From positions 62,001 to 126,000 of the forward strand of contig JAPETS010000030.1 in NCBI GenBank assembly GCA_026023565.1: a stretch of 64,000 bases of DNA. The letters run 5' to 3'. Both the position numbers and the translations under genes were made by a program. Below the pieces are notes generated by a model. The model saw only the letters and a program-made list of their open reading frames with translations, was not told the origin of the DNA and did not search any database. This document shows, one piece after another, positions 25,566-39,450 of this stretch (the first letter of the stretch is position 1; each line of letters opens with the position of its first letter). The DNA is from Cirrosporium novae-zelandiae. Taxonomy: Eukaryota.

Positions 25566-26810
25566 TTAGGATAACTTCTCTAGGACTGTGCCATTACAAG
25601 ATGCAGGGCTGTTAATGGGATTGCATCTGGCTGCCGCACCACCTGGCAGTCTCACCACGTAATCACTCTTATAACGTGCAGCCATGCCGACACCTGGGAA
25701 GTCCGTGCTAACAATTTGTGCCCCGCTGGCGAAAGCATTATCCCGCATAATAGTAGATCCACTAAGAACAGTATCAATTGGTACGTCAGCGCGGGTGCGG
25801 ACCCAGTAGCCCTTGGTCACTAGCTTCTGTATTGTGGCTAAGTTGTTGCCCATGGGGTCGTTACGCTTGAGGAAGGCGGCGTCTGTTTCACCCGGGTTGG
25901 ATTGTGTGAAAATTACTCGTCCCTCAAGGCTCTCGTGGCCATTGGCACGGTAAGCGTCGCGAACATCACCCAAAGGCTTCGAACCATCATCCATGAGGAA
26001 TAAAACTTTCCCACGTGCTTCCTCAAGCGTTGGCCAACCATAGTTGAGAATGGACTGTTCCAGTGTCATATCTTCATGGCGCACGTCATCTGGTGTAATC
26101 ATCTGCTCGTCGGAGAATACTGAACGAATTTCCTCGTCAAGCGCGTCTAGAAGTGTTGTGTTTGTCCATCTCGGCGAATGGACACCGCCAAGGTACTCCA
26201 TGCTAGAATCAGTATGTTTGAACTCAACCATGAATGGAATCGGCACATGGCTGGGGTTGGCGATCGACCACTCCTTCACCTCCGTGAGACATTCTACTAG
26301 AGTATGGCAGCTTGTTCCAACCTCGGCGTCGGAAACATGCAGGATCTTTGTCCCTGATTTATTCATGGCTGGATCTGAGGGAGGGTCCAGTCCGGCGAGC
26401 CTTCGTATCAGTGGAGTGGCATATAATCCGCCTTCGGGGTCAGGCCACAAATCCAACTCGAGATTACGCACAGATTGATAGCTAAGCTGGTCTTTCAGCG
26501 AGGCATGCGAGTAGTAGTAGTTCTGTGGGTCGCTCAGCATAATTTCCATGGCAGGTCGTTCTTCCAAGTAAGTTTCGCGGTGGTAGCTATTGTGGGTGCC
26601 AACAATCTGAATCTGATTCATGCGCAATTCAGATGTCTTGTTCCTGACAGTGACCGCTACAGGCTTTACTTGGCTAAATAAACCTAGCAGTGCGTTGATT
26701 AGATCGATGATCCTTTCGCAAAAAAGAGGTCAAAATTGACAGCAAACTTCAAAGGAAATGTAGAATATATCGTGGGACGAGGGTTACTCGATCAGAGAAA
26801 ACCAAGACAT
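25566..26810 (-). CDS. PI-PLC-like phosphodiesterase (Ca-dependent PI-PLC type); short first exon 26810-26788
   Basis: MNQIQIVGTHNSYH, VRNLELD, HVPI, WPTLEEARGKVLF, VRTRAD, AFASGAQIVSTDFP; upstream exon MSWFSLIE joins hydrophobic IIDLINALLGLF. Confidence 0.85.
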
Positions 26811-27300
26811 TATCAAAACCAACCAGAACAAAACTGCTGCAAATTCCCTCTTGCCTGGGACTTGAAATAGCAAAAGCTGGAAGTTTACCGAAGACCATCA
26901 CGTACAAGCGACGATGCAGAAATTAATTGCATACCTGGAAAAAAGAAGGCGAAGAGAAGTGACAAAAACTCCATTATGATGATCGAGATAAATAGTAATA
27001 TCAAATTCCGATGATTCTTTTCACAAAGTCCTTCTTCCTAGAATTAATATCATCTGTATATGTATATGTAAATGTGAAAGTGAGAAATGAGACGATCTTA
27101 AAGGAACACAAGCATTGCGCTATTCCCCATAACTGTTACGTTAATTATGCCTTATACCTTATGCACCTTATGCACCTAAGCGAATAAGCCGAGCCATTGG
27201 CATCCAGACATCTTGGCACGTGTCTGGGCTTGCAATAATCAACTACTTCCTTGTTAGAGGGTTTCGTTTCTGCCATCTCACCAATGTTCAAGAGTCTCCC

Positions 27301-29454
27301 TCATCGTTCAATTAAAGTACCTGCTTCTGCGCACCTAATAAGCCACACAAAAATATCAAGGGATATTCTCATACTCTCCCATCCAATTGTCGTTATGCCT
27401 AGTCCTATTCGGACAAGGTTAGATCTGAACCAACCTCTCATCGGACTATGATATCCTTGGGTTGCCCCAACAAGCAAACACCATAACATGGCTCCTGTAT
27501 GTAACCCCCAATACCCTCCATGGCAGAGCGGCTCCATGCGCGTTTTAAGGGAATGAACCCATAATTGGACAGTCTTTGGAGGTAGATTAAGGCCTCTGCT
27601 GGAGAAAACAAGTCCTGCAAGTCGACATGCTTGAAAGAGGAAAATATTGTCCTGCAATGTTTCCGTTATCAAATTGACCTGTTCCATGGAGATGATTTTT
27701 TGATATAGACAGGCACATCCATTGACGAAGTTGACTCTGTTGTATCCTGGGTTGTTCCTAGCGAATTGAGAATCCCAGGTTTTAAAAACGGCGAACAGCA
27801 ACGGAAGTATTGGATCAGAAACGGGTATGATACCTGTCTTTGATAAACTGAAAAGTTGGGATTGATTTGGAAATTCAATCAAAGGGGCGAACACCTCAGA
27901 CTCCCGGCGCAAGATAGAAAATCCTCGGGGTTGAGTAGCATAGAAGAGTCGATCTAACCTATCAAAAAGTCAGAAATCATCACGCCCACAGTATAGATAT
28001 TAGAATAAATGAAAGTACGACTAACATCTCAACCAGGCTTCCTAACAAGCCATTATTAGCTCGTATTTTTTCATAGCCCCCGAGAAGCTTTACCATTTCT
28101 TTTAAGCCTCCAAGATGATCATTCATGGCGAAAGTGTTGCCACTGTAAAACTAGCCAAAATCTTAGTATCCAGCATGTCTTGAAGTAACGAGAAGACGGC
28201 CTACCTCAACAGAGGCAAGGGAAATAATTGCAGCGATATTCTCATCTGAGAAGCGAGCCTTTGGATCATCTAGTGCTGCATTGACGGCTCGAATGGCCGC
28301 TCCTCTGTGGAAGAGGGCCACCATAGTCGTACTAGATGCTTCGAGATCCTCCAATTTTCCGTATGTAAGTGCGCCATATGTGGCAAGAGAGCTCGCGTGA
28401 AATAAAGCTTCATTGAAATTAAACGCTTGAGCCCACCCTTGGAGTGGAGATTGTAAAGATATTTTGCAGCCGCTGGCGCGCAATTGCTGGACCTCGGAAA
28501 AATAATCTAAATGCCTTGGTCAGCCATCTTTGTAGTGAAATCGAAAAGAGTCCCGAAGGAATAGATTATCGTCGTAAGATAGGCGCATTATTAAAGTCCC
28601 AATATCTATGCCAGAGTTCAAAAAAGAGGCTAGGGGCTAGGAGTCCGACGTACAATCTAGGAATAAATGATGCGACTCGGGGAATAACGACGCAAATAAC
28701 GATGGCTCAGGGGCTGCCCTAGGCCACCTATGATATTGAGGAATCGAAAGGTCATCATCCTGCCAACTAGCCGATCCCGGATATCTGGTATCGACGTTGG
28801 CTTCGTTAGGGTTTGCTACATCGCATTCCGTGCGTCAGCGAGGCCGATGCCAAGAATCAATGATTCCTAATTAAGCACAAGTGTATATGAATTTGCGAAT
28901 GAAATACCTGGGATCGTGAAGTCATCGTCCACACTGACATCTGAATCTGCACTCGCCCTGCTACCGGGATGAGAGTAGGGCTGCTCCTGGTCATATATAG
29001 TATAAGAGAGCCCATAATTGGGTGAAGATCTACTTCCAGTTCCACTACGGAGAGGTAATGCGCCAGTGGTACTCTCTCGCCAGATCGTCGGGATAAGGTT
29101 TTGTTCACTCGACTCTTCAACTTTAACGTCTGGGGTGTCGTCTAAGAGTAAATGGTCTGAAGGATGATAAGGGCCAACGTTAAGGTCCCGACTTGCTGGT
29201 TTGAATTCATTGCTACAGCGATTGGATCCAGATTGACCTTCGGGGCAAGCAGTCCTTGAAGAAGTAGCGCCACTGGAACTATTGCTTGAAGACTGTTGGT
29301 TTGCAAAATTCTGTACATCTCTTAGTCTTTTTTGGCGGAAGAACTCTCGCTTTACATGAGATCGAGCGGCTCGAATCGTTGCATCTTTGGTTGCGGCTGG
29401 ATTTGTCGTGACAATAAACTCCAGTCGTTTCTCTTGGCTAGAGGACTGGGGCAT
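27301..29454 (-). CDS. Fungal transcription-factor-like protein without a Zn cluster (N-terminal basic RSHV motif); ~5 exons
   Basis: LEFIVTTNP...IRAARSHVKREFFRQKR; ALFHA...HRGAAIRAVNAAL...SDENIAAIISLA; C-terminal LWCLLVGA...RGWF; frames join through canonical introns. Confidence 0.7.
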
Positions 29455-30134
29455 TGGTCGAGGTATAATCCAAGTTTTTGGGTTGCGAAATAATATCTCG
29501 CCCAAGGAAGACAGTGAATGTTATGGTGACGAGACAAATATATCAAAGATGCGACGAAATTCCGACAAGAAACAATTCTATGGTAAGATCATGTATCTAA
29601 CAAAGAAACTAAACTGATCAAGTTCCTCAAGCTAAATATCGAGGTGAAGATTCAAGTACTAAAATTTTACCCTCCATTTTTGATTCGAGCGCTGTAGGTT
29701 TCCCAATAACCCTACAATCCATGTACTATCCATGTACTGTAGGACCTGTTTTGCTACCATGACATGATGGATATTGGCCAAGTTCAACCACCAGTTTTAA
29801 TGTAGATTTCAAATTCTCGTAATAGCGTTTGGTTTCACGCTGTTACTATTCTAGTGAAATGTATAAAATTGCTATCTAAATTATGATTAAATCAGATCAA
29901 AGATGATTATAACAATTTATATGTGACTGAAATTTGGAGGAAATTATTATCCAACATAACACCTCCTTGGTGAATATAAAGGATTCAAGCTGAGATTGAT
30001 GTTTTCACGTAACGGACCCGAAATAAAAAACACAGCTAACCAGATATGGAGAATGATTCGCACCATTGACCATCTATGGCAGTTCTTCCGGACTAGCCAG
30101 AGCAAATTTATTTATAGAATATGCTCATTAGCTG

Positions 30135-30218
30135 ACTGTTGGATGCCATAAATACCAGGTTGGGTTCGATTCCCAAGAGCGCTAATTAGTGATTGGTCAC
30201 ACTGGTGTCAGTGTTTTT
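30135..30218 (+). ncRNA. tRNA-like / Pol III B-box structured short element, copy A
   Basis: TTGGG-TTCGATT-CCCAA T-arm (B box GGTTCGATTCC), enclosing helix ATACCAG/CTGGTGT, ends in T5; second copy at 62263. Confidence 0.55.
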
Positions 30219-30477
30219 CAAAAGCACCACCGACCCTACACGAGTGGTGGTGGTGTTGGATTGGATTAGGAGATCCATACAATATATATAGGTTTATCTT
30301 CATCTATTTATATTAGTTAAAATCTTAATGTGAGAGGGGGGAGATAGTTGCTATTACTATTGCTGTTGGTGATGTGTGATGTGTGACGTGTGATGGATAG
30401 GCCGATTAGGGATATATAGGAGGATAGATAGATAAATAAAGCTGAAGGGGGGTATGAGGGGGGATGCTATATAACTA

Positions 30478-30517
30478 TATAACTAACTGTATAACTAACT
30501 GTATAACTAACTGTATA
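30478..30517. repeat. 12-bp tandem repeat (TATAACTAACTG)x3.3
   Basis: Direct reading. Confidence 0.9.
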
Positions 30518-30584
30518 TCTAATGTCCCCCCCCTGTGTATCCCTCTCATCGTCGTCCTCCTCCCCTACCTCCTCCTTCTTCCCC

Positions 30585-32123
30585 TCACAACCTCGCGCCC
30601 CCTCCCCTCTCCCTCTCCCCATTAACCACCCTCCCAAAATCCCTCGCAACATCACACTCATGAATCCACTCTGAATCGCCCCTCCCCCTAATCCTCGCCC
30701 TCAACTCCTCATCCCCCTCCTCCACCCTCCTCCTCGCTCTCTCAACCGCAGCTACATTCCCCCTCCTTGCCGCCTCCAACACCCTCGTCGTATGCGGTTT
30801 CCTCGTCTTCTCATACAACCCCAACGTATACACGAGCTGCACAGCCGTAGGCTTTGTTGGGGCATCAATTGGAAATATATGGAGGAGAGAGAGGTATAAA
30901 GCGTATGCGTCATCGATAGCTAAAGAGCCCCCCGCGGCGAATGCGCCGCCGTGGGTGTGTGCGGCGTCGCCGATTAGGGTCACGCGAGAGTGGAGAACGC
31001 AGGTTTTGAGGGGCGGGCCGGAGAAATTGGGGTAGATTTGCATGGTTGGGGTTTTGGAAAGGAGGGTCCGGACGACAGGGTTCCAGTTTGAGTAGAGGGC
31101 GCGGAGGGGGGTGAGGTCGTTTTGGATGTCATCCCAGTGAATTTGGGAGGAGAGGGTTTGAGAGGTCGGGGTTGTGGGGTCTAGCGTGTAGGCTGCGACG
31201 GTGGTGTATTTGTTTTTGCCGAGGCGGGAGCTGAAGAATGTGTTGGTGGGGCCCCACTGGTGGTGGTGAGGGGGTGTGTTAGAGTGTTGGGTTTGGGGAG
31301 AATGGGTTAGGTACGTACCCAGTGGGTTGAGTCTGGGGGGAGGTCTTTGATGTCTTCGACTAGTGAGGCATCAAAGACGGAGCGGTAGAAGATGGCGCCT
31401 GTCCATGATAGCTTGTGGGAGGGGAGGAAGGCTCTTCGTACGGCCTTCAGGAAAGGGAGGTTAGCTATACTTGCCCCATCCATTCATTCAAAAGGTCTCC
31501 GCGTGGTTCATGGAGAGAGAGAGCATACCGAGTTCATTCCATCAGCACCGATTAACAAATCCGCCTGCTCCGTCGTTCCATCCTCAAAAGCAATTGTAAC
31601 TCCATTCTCTTCACTAGCCTGCGCACCCACTATCTTTTTCGACAGATGTATTATGTCTTTCGGAACATGCTCGAGCAAAGCTTGCTGGAGATGTGCGCGG
31701 TAGAAGCGGGTAGTTTCATGGCGATGCTCAGGGGGGTTGCGAAAACGATCTTCGCTCACGATTTCGTTAGTTTGCCAGTGTCTATAGTATGTTTTTGAAT
31801 CGCCGCCGTTGTCAGTTTAATTCTAGTAAATTTCCTTGTCTCTCTTTCCCCCAAACGTACCGATATATCATAGGCGACCCGCTGGGTCCTCGAAAGCCCA
31901 CATCATCGTCGAGCGCATTGTGAACGCCCAATCTTTCTAGTGTTCTCAAGCCATTGGGTCCCAAGGCAATCGAAGCTCCAATTTCTCGCAACTCCTGAGC
32001 CCTCTCGTAGATGCGAACATTAATTTTGGGATGTTGGCGTAGTGCAATTGCTGCCGTCAGACCTGCAATACCTGCACCGGCGATTGCGACGGAGAGGGTG
32101 TCTGGGTGTAATTGCGAGGTCAT
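30585..32123 (-). CDS. FAD-dependent monooxygenase (salicylate-hydroxylase-like, group A); 4 exons; ends in PTS1-type ARL
   Basis: VAIAGAGIAGL, YERAQELREIGA, DLLIGADG, LIGDAAH fingerprints. Confidence 0.9.
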
Positions 32124-32611
32124 GGTTGTATTATTTTATTACCCAACCTGCTTCTCCAGAAACTGCAACTAACTGTTTTTTCTATTTCAGAGCTTTTCTT
32201 TCTTTATATATTGCTATTTATCTATAATGGCATTCCATTTATCATGCTGAAGGATCGGGGTTGAGCGTTCAAGATAACAATTCTTTTGTGTGTCGCCATC
32301 ATACCCTTGGTCTTCCTCTATGCCGCCTGCATATTCTGCCCATCGACCATCTCCGCCAACAGCCCGACCGTCCATGAGCTCATCTCTACCTTGGATGAGC
32401 CATCGCTAACCATATCCACATTTGTCAGATCACAAGTACCATTTAGATTGTTTACGGATTGTGTCTTGACTCCACAGATAGCTTGAGCTCTAAATACAAT
32501 GATATCGAATGGGTTACTAGCTTCGCAGTATTACTTTGAAAGAATCTAGAGAAAGCAATTGAGACAGATTAAGCAAATATGGTTCTCTTTATATCTATAA
32601 TTCTATAAAAC

Positions 32612-35600
32612 TTAACTTTTTAGATCTTGGCTATCTCCCCCAGTGTTATGTTGCTGAATATACATGGCATAGAACGTACCCTCTCCACTTTCAACCAGCG
32701 AACGCGGATGTCCTCTCTCAATGACCTTCCCTTTTTCCAACACCAGAACCTGATCAAAGTCCAACACGGAGTCTATGCGATGCGCAATAGCAATTAGTGT
32801 TGATCCTTGGAACTTATCCCGTAATAAAGTCTGTATACGGATCTCGCTTGCATGATCCATATTTGCCGTTGCCTCATCGATGACGACAATCTTACTCTTT
32901 TTCGCGATGGCACGAGCTAGTGCGATGAGTTGGCGTTCTCCTTGTGAGAAGTTCTGGCCATTAGAGAGGACTGGGTCGTCTAGGCTACATGTCTCGTGGC
33001 CCATGACATCGTTCAGGATGGCCTGGAGATGTTCGTCTGAGAGATCACCACTAAGGTCGAGGTTGAATCGCAATGTGCCATCAAAGAGAGTAGGGTTTTG
33101 CGGGATTAGGCTGATGCTCTGGCGGAGGTGGTCTACATCGACGAGGTCAATGTCTATGCCGTCGATACGGATTGAACCGGCGAATTTGTTGGTTAGGCGG
33201 AAGAGGCTGCACGCAAAGGAACTTTTTCCGCTACCGGTACGGCCGACAACGGCGATACGCTCTCCGGGGGTGGCGTCAAGATTTATATCTTGGAGAACTT
33301 CTCTTCCATCCAAGGAGTAGCCAGCGGTTAGACCCCGCACTAAAATACTTCCCTGAGAGGGCCAGCCGACTTCTGATGCTTGGTCTGTTGAATCTGGTAA
33401 TTTCTTTTCCTGCGGAACCTGATGAATGTAATCCTCAATACGCTGAAAGCTATTCATTTCAACCTCCAGAATACTAGAGAGATATACAAGGTATAGAAGT
33501 GCCGAACAAAGCGATGTCGATGTCGTCAAGCTGAACCCAACAATTGAGGGATCAGAACGGTGTTGGAGGAACGCAAAAATAGCAGCAGAGAAGGAGATTA
33601 GCGATGCAAAGATGTCCATCCTTATAGCTAGCCATCGCTGCGAGTCGCTAACGGCTTCCCATGCCCGGATATGCTGTTCTGTGTAGGCGAGGAAACGGCT
33701 CTTGAAGTGTTTCTCGGCACGAAATGCTCTGATAGTGGATATTCCTGACGCAGTTTCGGTGACACTGTGGAATAATGGTGATAGTGAAACTGCATAGAGG
33801 CGTTTGACTGCTGTGCTGGCATAGAGGTATCGTTGCCCAGTGTAGAGGCCTAAGCTGACGAATAAAACTGAAGGTAATAAAAATATGGGTATCAATGAAG
33901 AGACTGTGATAATTCGGAAACCTATCGACAGGTAAGTCTCTAGGACAGGCCGTAAGCTGGAAATCAAAGTATCATCCAGAGACATCATGTCTGATGAGAA
34001 TCGATTGATTATTTGACCAGCTGGAGTGTTTATGAGCCATTCGTATGTCGCTCCGAATACTTTATATAAGAGTTTCTGGTGTTCGGTTTTTCCTGCTCGC
34101 CATGCACCGCCATAGAGAACGAGCAAGGATGCGGCACCGCAGGTAACTTGCAACATCCCCAAGCCAGTATAGGCTCCGAGGTAGAATATGTTGTTGACAA
34201 CAGCAATGCCATCATAAGCTCGAGACCATAGCGAGAGCCAGAATGGTAGAATGATGTCTAGGCCTTGGGTAGAGATCACTGCGAGAAATAGGAGCACAAT
34301 GAATGGCCAGCTTCCAAAGTGTCGGATATATTTGAACATGTAAAGGCGTCCTATCAACCCCTTGCGACGACTCTCGGTCTGTCCTACAGACATAGGCGTT
34401 GGGGATATCGTGGATTGATCTTGATTGTCTTCATATGCTTCGCTTATCGGTGGTGTATCAATAGTTGATGATAGGGAAGATTGATCGTCCAAATTTATCC
34501 CGAGATCAGCCACCACGTCAACCATGTCTTTTGAAGACCCTTCTGAATCTCCTCTAGCCGAGTTTTTGGCAATGATCTCCTTGACTGTGCCACCATCCAT
34601 ACATACTATGAGATCGGCTTCTTTGTGGCATTTAGAGTTATCCGTGACAATAATTAGTGTTCTTCCTTCCATTAAAGAGCCCAAAATGCAGTTCTCTACT
34701 ACCCATCTAGCCGTGAAGCCATCCAATGAGGATAGGACGTCGTCAAGAAGAACAGTCTTTGTGGGCGCATATACAGCTCTTGCCAAGGCAACGCGTTGAC
34801 GCTGTCCACCGGAAAGAGCACTTCCCCCTTCTCCAACTTCTGTGAGATCATGTTCTTTCATTGTTGTAAGATCAAAATCCAGTCCGCATGCGTTGAGAAC
34901 CGCTTTGTAACGGGTTGGAAGGAAAGGGGTATTGAAGATTATATTGCCTCTCACAGAACCGCTCTGTAGCCACGGCATCTGAGAGGCATATGAAATTGGC
35001 TCGAGCGGCGAGTCTCGTAGCTTACATATCCCTCCAAGTTGTTGGTCCTCGAATAATAATGCTTGGAGAAGCATGGTTTTGCCAGACCTTAGAGAACTTA
35101 TTAGTATAATCGTAAACTAGGATAGTGAAGTATAATAAGGGAAAGTTGTAGCATACCCTATTGGACCTTTAATAACATTAAGACCACCCCGAACGAATTC
35201 GACATTCAAATTCTTCAACAAAGGGCAAAGCCCCTTTCTAAAGACATCAATTCCGAAAGTTGCATTCTCAAATCTCAACTCCTGGGTAGATTCATCCTCT
35301 AAAAGAAAGAAAGTATCATTTGTGGCCTTAGCTCCATCTTCTAGATATGTGGCAATTCTCTTCAAACTTGTCATTGCTTGCGCATATTGTCCCACACCAA
35401 CCACCGCAAGCGTAAGCATGCTTTTTACAATGTTGAACACTGCTACCATTGTAAAGGCTACGGAAGCTTCCAGGGGTTTCTTGGCTACCAGTGTATAAAG
35501 TGCCAAGGATAAAGCAAAAGAGATGAATACAAGTGCATTCGATACACTCTCGGTAGAAGTCAAAATTACCACCTTTCTCCAGATGGCGTCTAACTCTCGG

Positions 35601-37193
35601 CTCCTTTTCTCGAGAATCTTGGTAATGAACGGATGTGCCTGACCGAGTATCGTGATTGTAGCCATGCATCGAATACTTTCATTAATTCGAGCAAGACGGC
35701 CGTCTGAGGCCTGGAGAACTCTTGACTGCGCCGCTGAAAGAGCCGAATTCATCAATTGAGCGAGTGGAACCCTAGTGACAAGAAGCAAAGCCAAGGTTGG
35801 CAAATATGACCATCCAATACTCTGGTAAAGGATTATTGACGCCACCAAGAGCTCAGCGGGCACCAAAAATCCTGCCATGAATGTATACCGTAGGGTAGCC
35901 AGCTTATCGACGTCAATTGATATGTGGTTATGAACTTGCCCCACGTTTAACCTCGCTCCAGACGGTTGCTTAGCCGGTTGCTTCAACAGTTGCTGGTATA
36001 CGGTGGACACAATCATGGCTTTCAAATTGCCAATGGCATGAGTTGAAAACCATTCGAAGATTTGCATACATAGTCCACGAATGACTGGACAAATACCGAA
36101 GAGAAATATTGAGAACCATGGCTGAAAGGTAACATCCGGGGATCCTTGGAGATACCGTAATAGCTGACGGAGGCCAAAGGTCCCCAGAAACTCAGTAATA
36201 CCACATAGGATCATCAAGGAAGCCATGATGATTAGACGCCCCCGGAAAATCTTCCATAAAGCACCCCCAGTTGACCCTACAACCCCTCGAGCATGAACGA
36301 ATTTCTGTAACCAGTGGATTGGTAAGCTCTCGACTTTGAGGGGGTATAAGTCGTCAGGTGTCAAATCGCCACTACGGTGATAGCCAGCACTTATAAGTTG
36401 GTTCATCCAAGAGTAGAACCACCATCTTTCAATTGGCGAGCAGGTTTCAGATGGATGAGGAACTTGGTCTAACAGCTCATAGTGAAGTGGGGTGAAGAGT
36501 GGTATGAAAATTGCACTCAAGAAGGCTAGAAGTATCTGAAGCCAGGCTAGAACAGGAATTGAGACGAACCCCTGGCCATTGAGTAAAACTAAAGGACATA
36601 AATCTCGAGGCAACGTCGCTGTCACGAACAAAGCCAAGGAGACGAGATTTGTGGACTGGTAAAAGAGTTGACGATGCCTACTAGGAATCAAGTAAATGAC
36701 ACGACCTAGACAAATGAAGAACTAAAACTTATCAGCTCACTAGAAGTGAATTCTACTATACAAGTGATTCAAACAACACGACGACTAGTCTTTCGAGATG
36801 CTTTCACAACTACATCTGTTGAAGTTTGACAAGACATAGGCTCTATCATCCAGCTAAGTGAAAAGTAATCAAACTTACCCAAACCACGCTGTGCACTATC
36901 TCCTCCCATATCTCAAACTTGCACAGCCAACATAACCGGAACGTAGTTACTGCACAGCCAATAGTAGAAACAAGCGAAATATATCCCCAGAGACGATGTC
37001 GGATTGTAAAGGATATCGCTCTAGAACCTCTGACTGGAGCTTTTATGAGTTCGCGGGTTGTGTGCACGGTAATTAGCATGAGTAAAGATCCTAGGGCGAT
37101 TACTCGTGATAGAGAAGAGGTATCAAAGTTTGGTTCCACATGCTGAACTGAGAGCACATTGTAGGCAGGGTCAAGAATTGTAAAAGAGGACAT
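32612..37193 (-). CDS. Full-length ABCC/MRP-type ABC transporter; 3 exons
   Basis: TMD-NBD-TMD-NBD; NBD1 GPIG|SGKT and LSGGQRQR; NBD2 GRTGSGKS, FSQGERQL, IDEATA; N-terminal hydrophobic extension. Confidence 0.93.
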
Positions 37194-37655
37194 TAGTAAG
37201 TTGAGATTCTGGGGGGTCTGATCTGCCGTTTCTCCTCGTGTATGATCCTGAAGATGGATATTGCCACATCGTTATATGGAGATATGCGAAATTGTTTGTC
37301 AAAGATTCAAAAGATACAATGCTTTCCTTTTTGTTTTGTATTCTATAACTGGCATGTTTTACGCGTATATAACATCCTTTTAGCGCAATCTCGTTCCAAT
37401 AGCTTAATCTTATTAGAGTCGTAGTGAATAAGATTAACTATCGTTCCTGATTACCATATTAGGAAATAATGAATCCGGCCATCGGTAAAGACTAGGAAAT
37501 CCGAACCCGAAGGCTATCAGTCAGTATTAATCAATGAGTTGTTAAGAGTGAGCTAGCCATCCGAGAAGGATTTATATGGAGACTCATATAATTATCTTTT
37601 AATGATTTGCTTGTTCGTTACTTTGTATTTGTTTGTGAATGATAATGATAAAAAG

Positions 37656-39450
37656 ATGACTGTATTTTCTTACCGAAGTGTTTTGCTTAGTTTGCTTGTT
37701 TTACTGGCCATAAACTCGCTTTCATTGGCTAGCTCAGTGGACAACGTTCAGACCCCATTCTCTGACGCCCATGACCCCTTGGTTTACTCTACCCATATTA
37801 ACAGCGAATATCCAGCATATTCAATCCGAATTAAAGAACAACATCACCAACTTTGCCATGCAAAGTCAAAACAGTACACTGGTTGGCTTGACTTCAATGG
37901 GAAGCATTTATTTTTTTGTAAGCTCAAGCACAACACATTAGATTGATTCATCACTTACCTTCTTTAGGGTACTTTGACAGCCTCAACGACCCCAAAAATG
38001 ATCCATTAACACTATGGATGACTGGAGGTCCAGGCTGTAGTGGCATGATTGGTATATTCCCTAGCAGTAACTGCACAGGGTCTGGACGAGATCTAACATC
38101 TTAACATAGGAATGCTACTAGAGCTCGGTCCTTGCTTGGTCAATGAACATGGAAATAGTACTCATGCAAACCCCTATGGGTGGACCAGAAACTCTTCGAT
38201 GATTTTTATAGATCAGCCTGCGGGTACTGGTTTCTCATATACTGATCCAGGTGTTGGGTTGCCCGGCGATTCATTCGTTTCAGCATCGGATATGTATATA
38301 TTCCTTCAAATCTTCTTGACCCAGGTATTCCCAGAAAAAAGGAGTCTTCCCTTTCATATATCAGGGGAGAGTTATGGTGTATGTGATTCCAAGTACACAT
38401 AATAGAGGACCCAGTTAGCAAGCTGACACTCATCTTAGGGCCATTACGTTCCAGCCCTCTCCGCCGAAATTTTGCAACAGAACGAGCTTCACTTTCATAG
38501 ACCAAAAATACCTCTCAAATCTATTTTCGTTGGCGACGGTTTCTTTTCACCTCTAGATACAACCTGGGGTTATTATGAGACTTTGTGTACAACAAAACCA
38601 GGCATCAGGGAGCCTGTGTTCAATGAAACACGATGCCAAATAATAGCAGAGACACTGCCAAGATGTGCTTACGTGCACGAGGCTTGTTATAAATATCCGG
38701 ACGAAATTCTTTGCAAGGCCGCAGACCAAGTTTGTCAAGAAATCAGACGCTTGTTTTACGACGAATCACACGCAGGAGGCCGGGATCCATTCGATAGTAA
38801 GAACTTCATACCCGTCAAACATAGAATAGTAATGGTTAAACTAACTGGATTCTAGTCACTCGAACTTGCGAAGTAGATGGCGTATGCTATTCTGGCGCGA
38901 TTATGGTGCAAGAGTATATGAATTTGCCTTGGGTGCAGAAAGCTCTCGATGTGCCAGGATTCATCAGCAATTTTTCCATCTGTTCGGATTCAACTGTAGC
39001 TGCATTTGATATTGGGAACGACTTATATGTCAATACGATGGATCAAGTAAAGTACACTCTGGAACACGGTGCTGATGTCTTGATATACAACGGAAATTTG
39101 GACCTCGCCTGCAATACAGCGGGGAATCTTCGTTGGACTAATTCCCTGTCCTGGAATGGTCAAGCTCCTTTCGCCGCGCAGGATCTAAAGCCATGGTTTT
39201 CAACCGTTGAAGGCGTTACTATTCCAGCAGGGACGTATAAGGAGGTCTATGCCTTTACGCGGCCCGACCATACCAAGAAGCAGCGATTTTCATTTGTGAC
39301 GATCGACAATTCAGGACACATGGTGAGTAGAGTCGCCCATCATTCGAGACTTCATGGATTAATCTGCTAATGATCCATCAGGTGCCTTTGGATCAACCTG
39401 AAATTGCCCTCGACATGGTTCAAAAATGGCTGTCAGGAAGGGATTTTTAG
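37656..39450 (+). CDS. Serine carboxypeptidase S10 (CPY-like) with signal peptide; ~6 exons
   Basis: [20 protein letters not shown], catalytic [21 protein letters not shown]. Confidence 0.92.

Noticed and set aside
26627..26810. PI-PLC gene lacking a start codon for its hydrophobic leader
   Set aside because: A short upstream exon (ATG at 26810) splices in frame
28500..28910. Apparent frame break in the TF-like gene
   Set aside because: Resolved by two canonical introns around an open internal exon
30121..30185. Copy A as a functional tRNA gene
   Set aside because: Only the T-arm is convincing; no anticodon stem-loop, and homology between copies extends well 3' of where an acceptor stem would end
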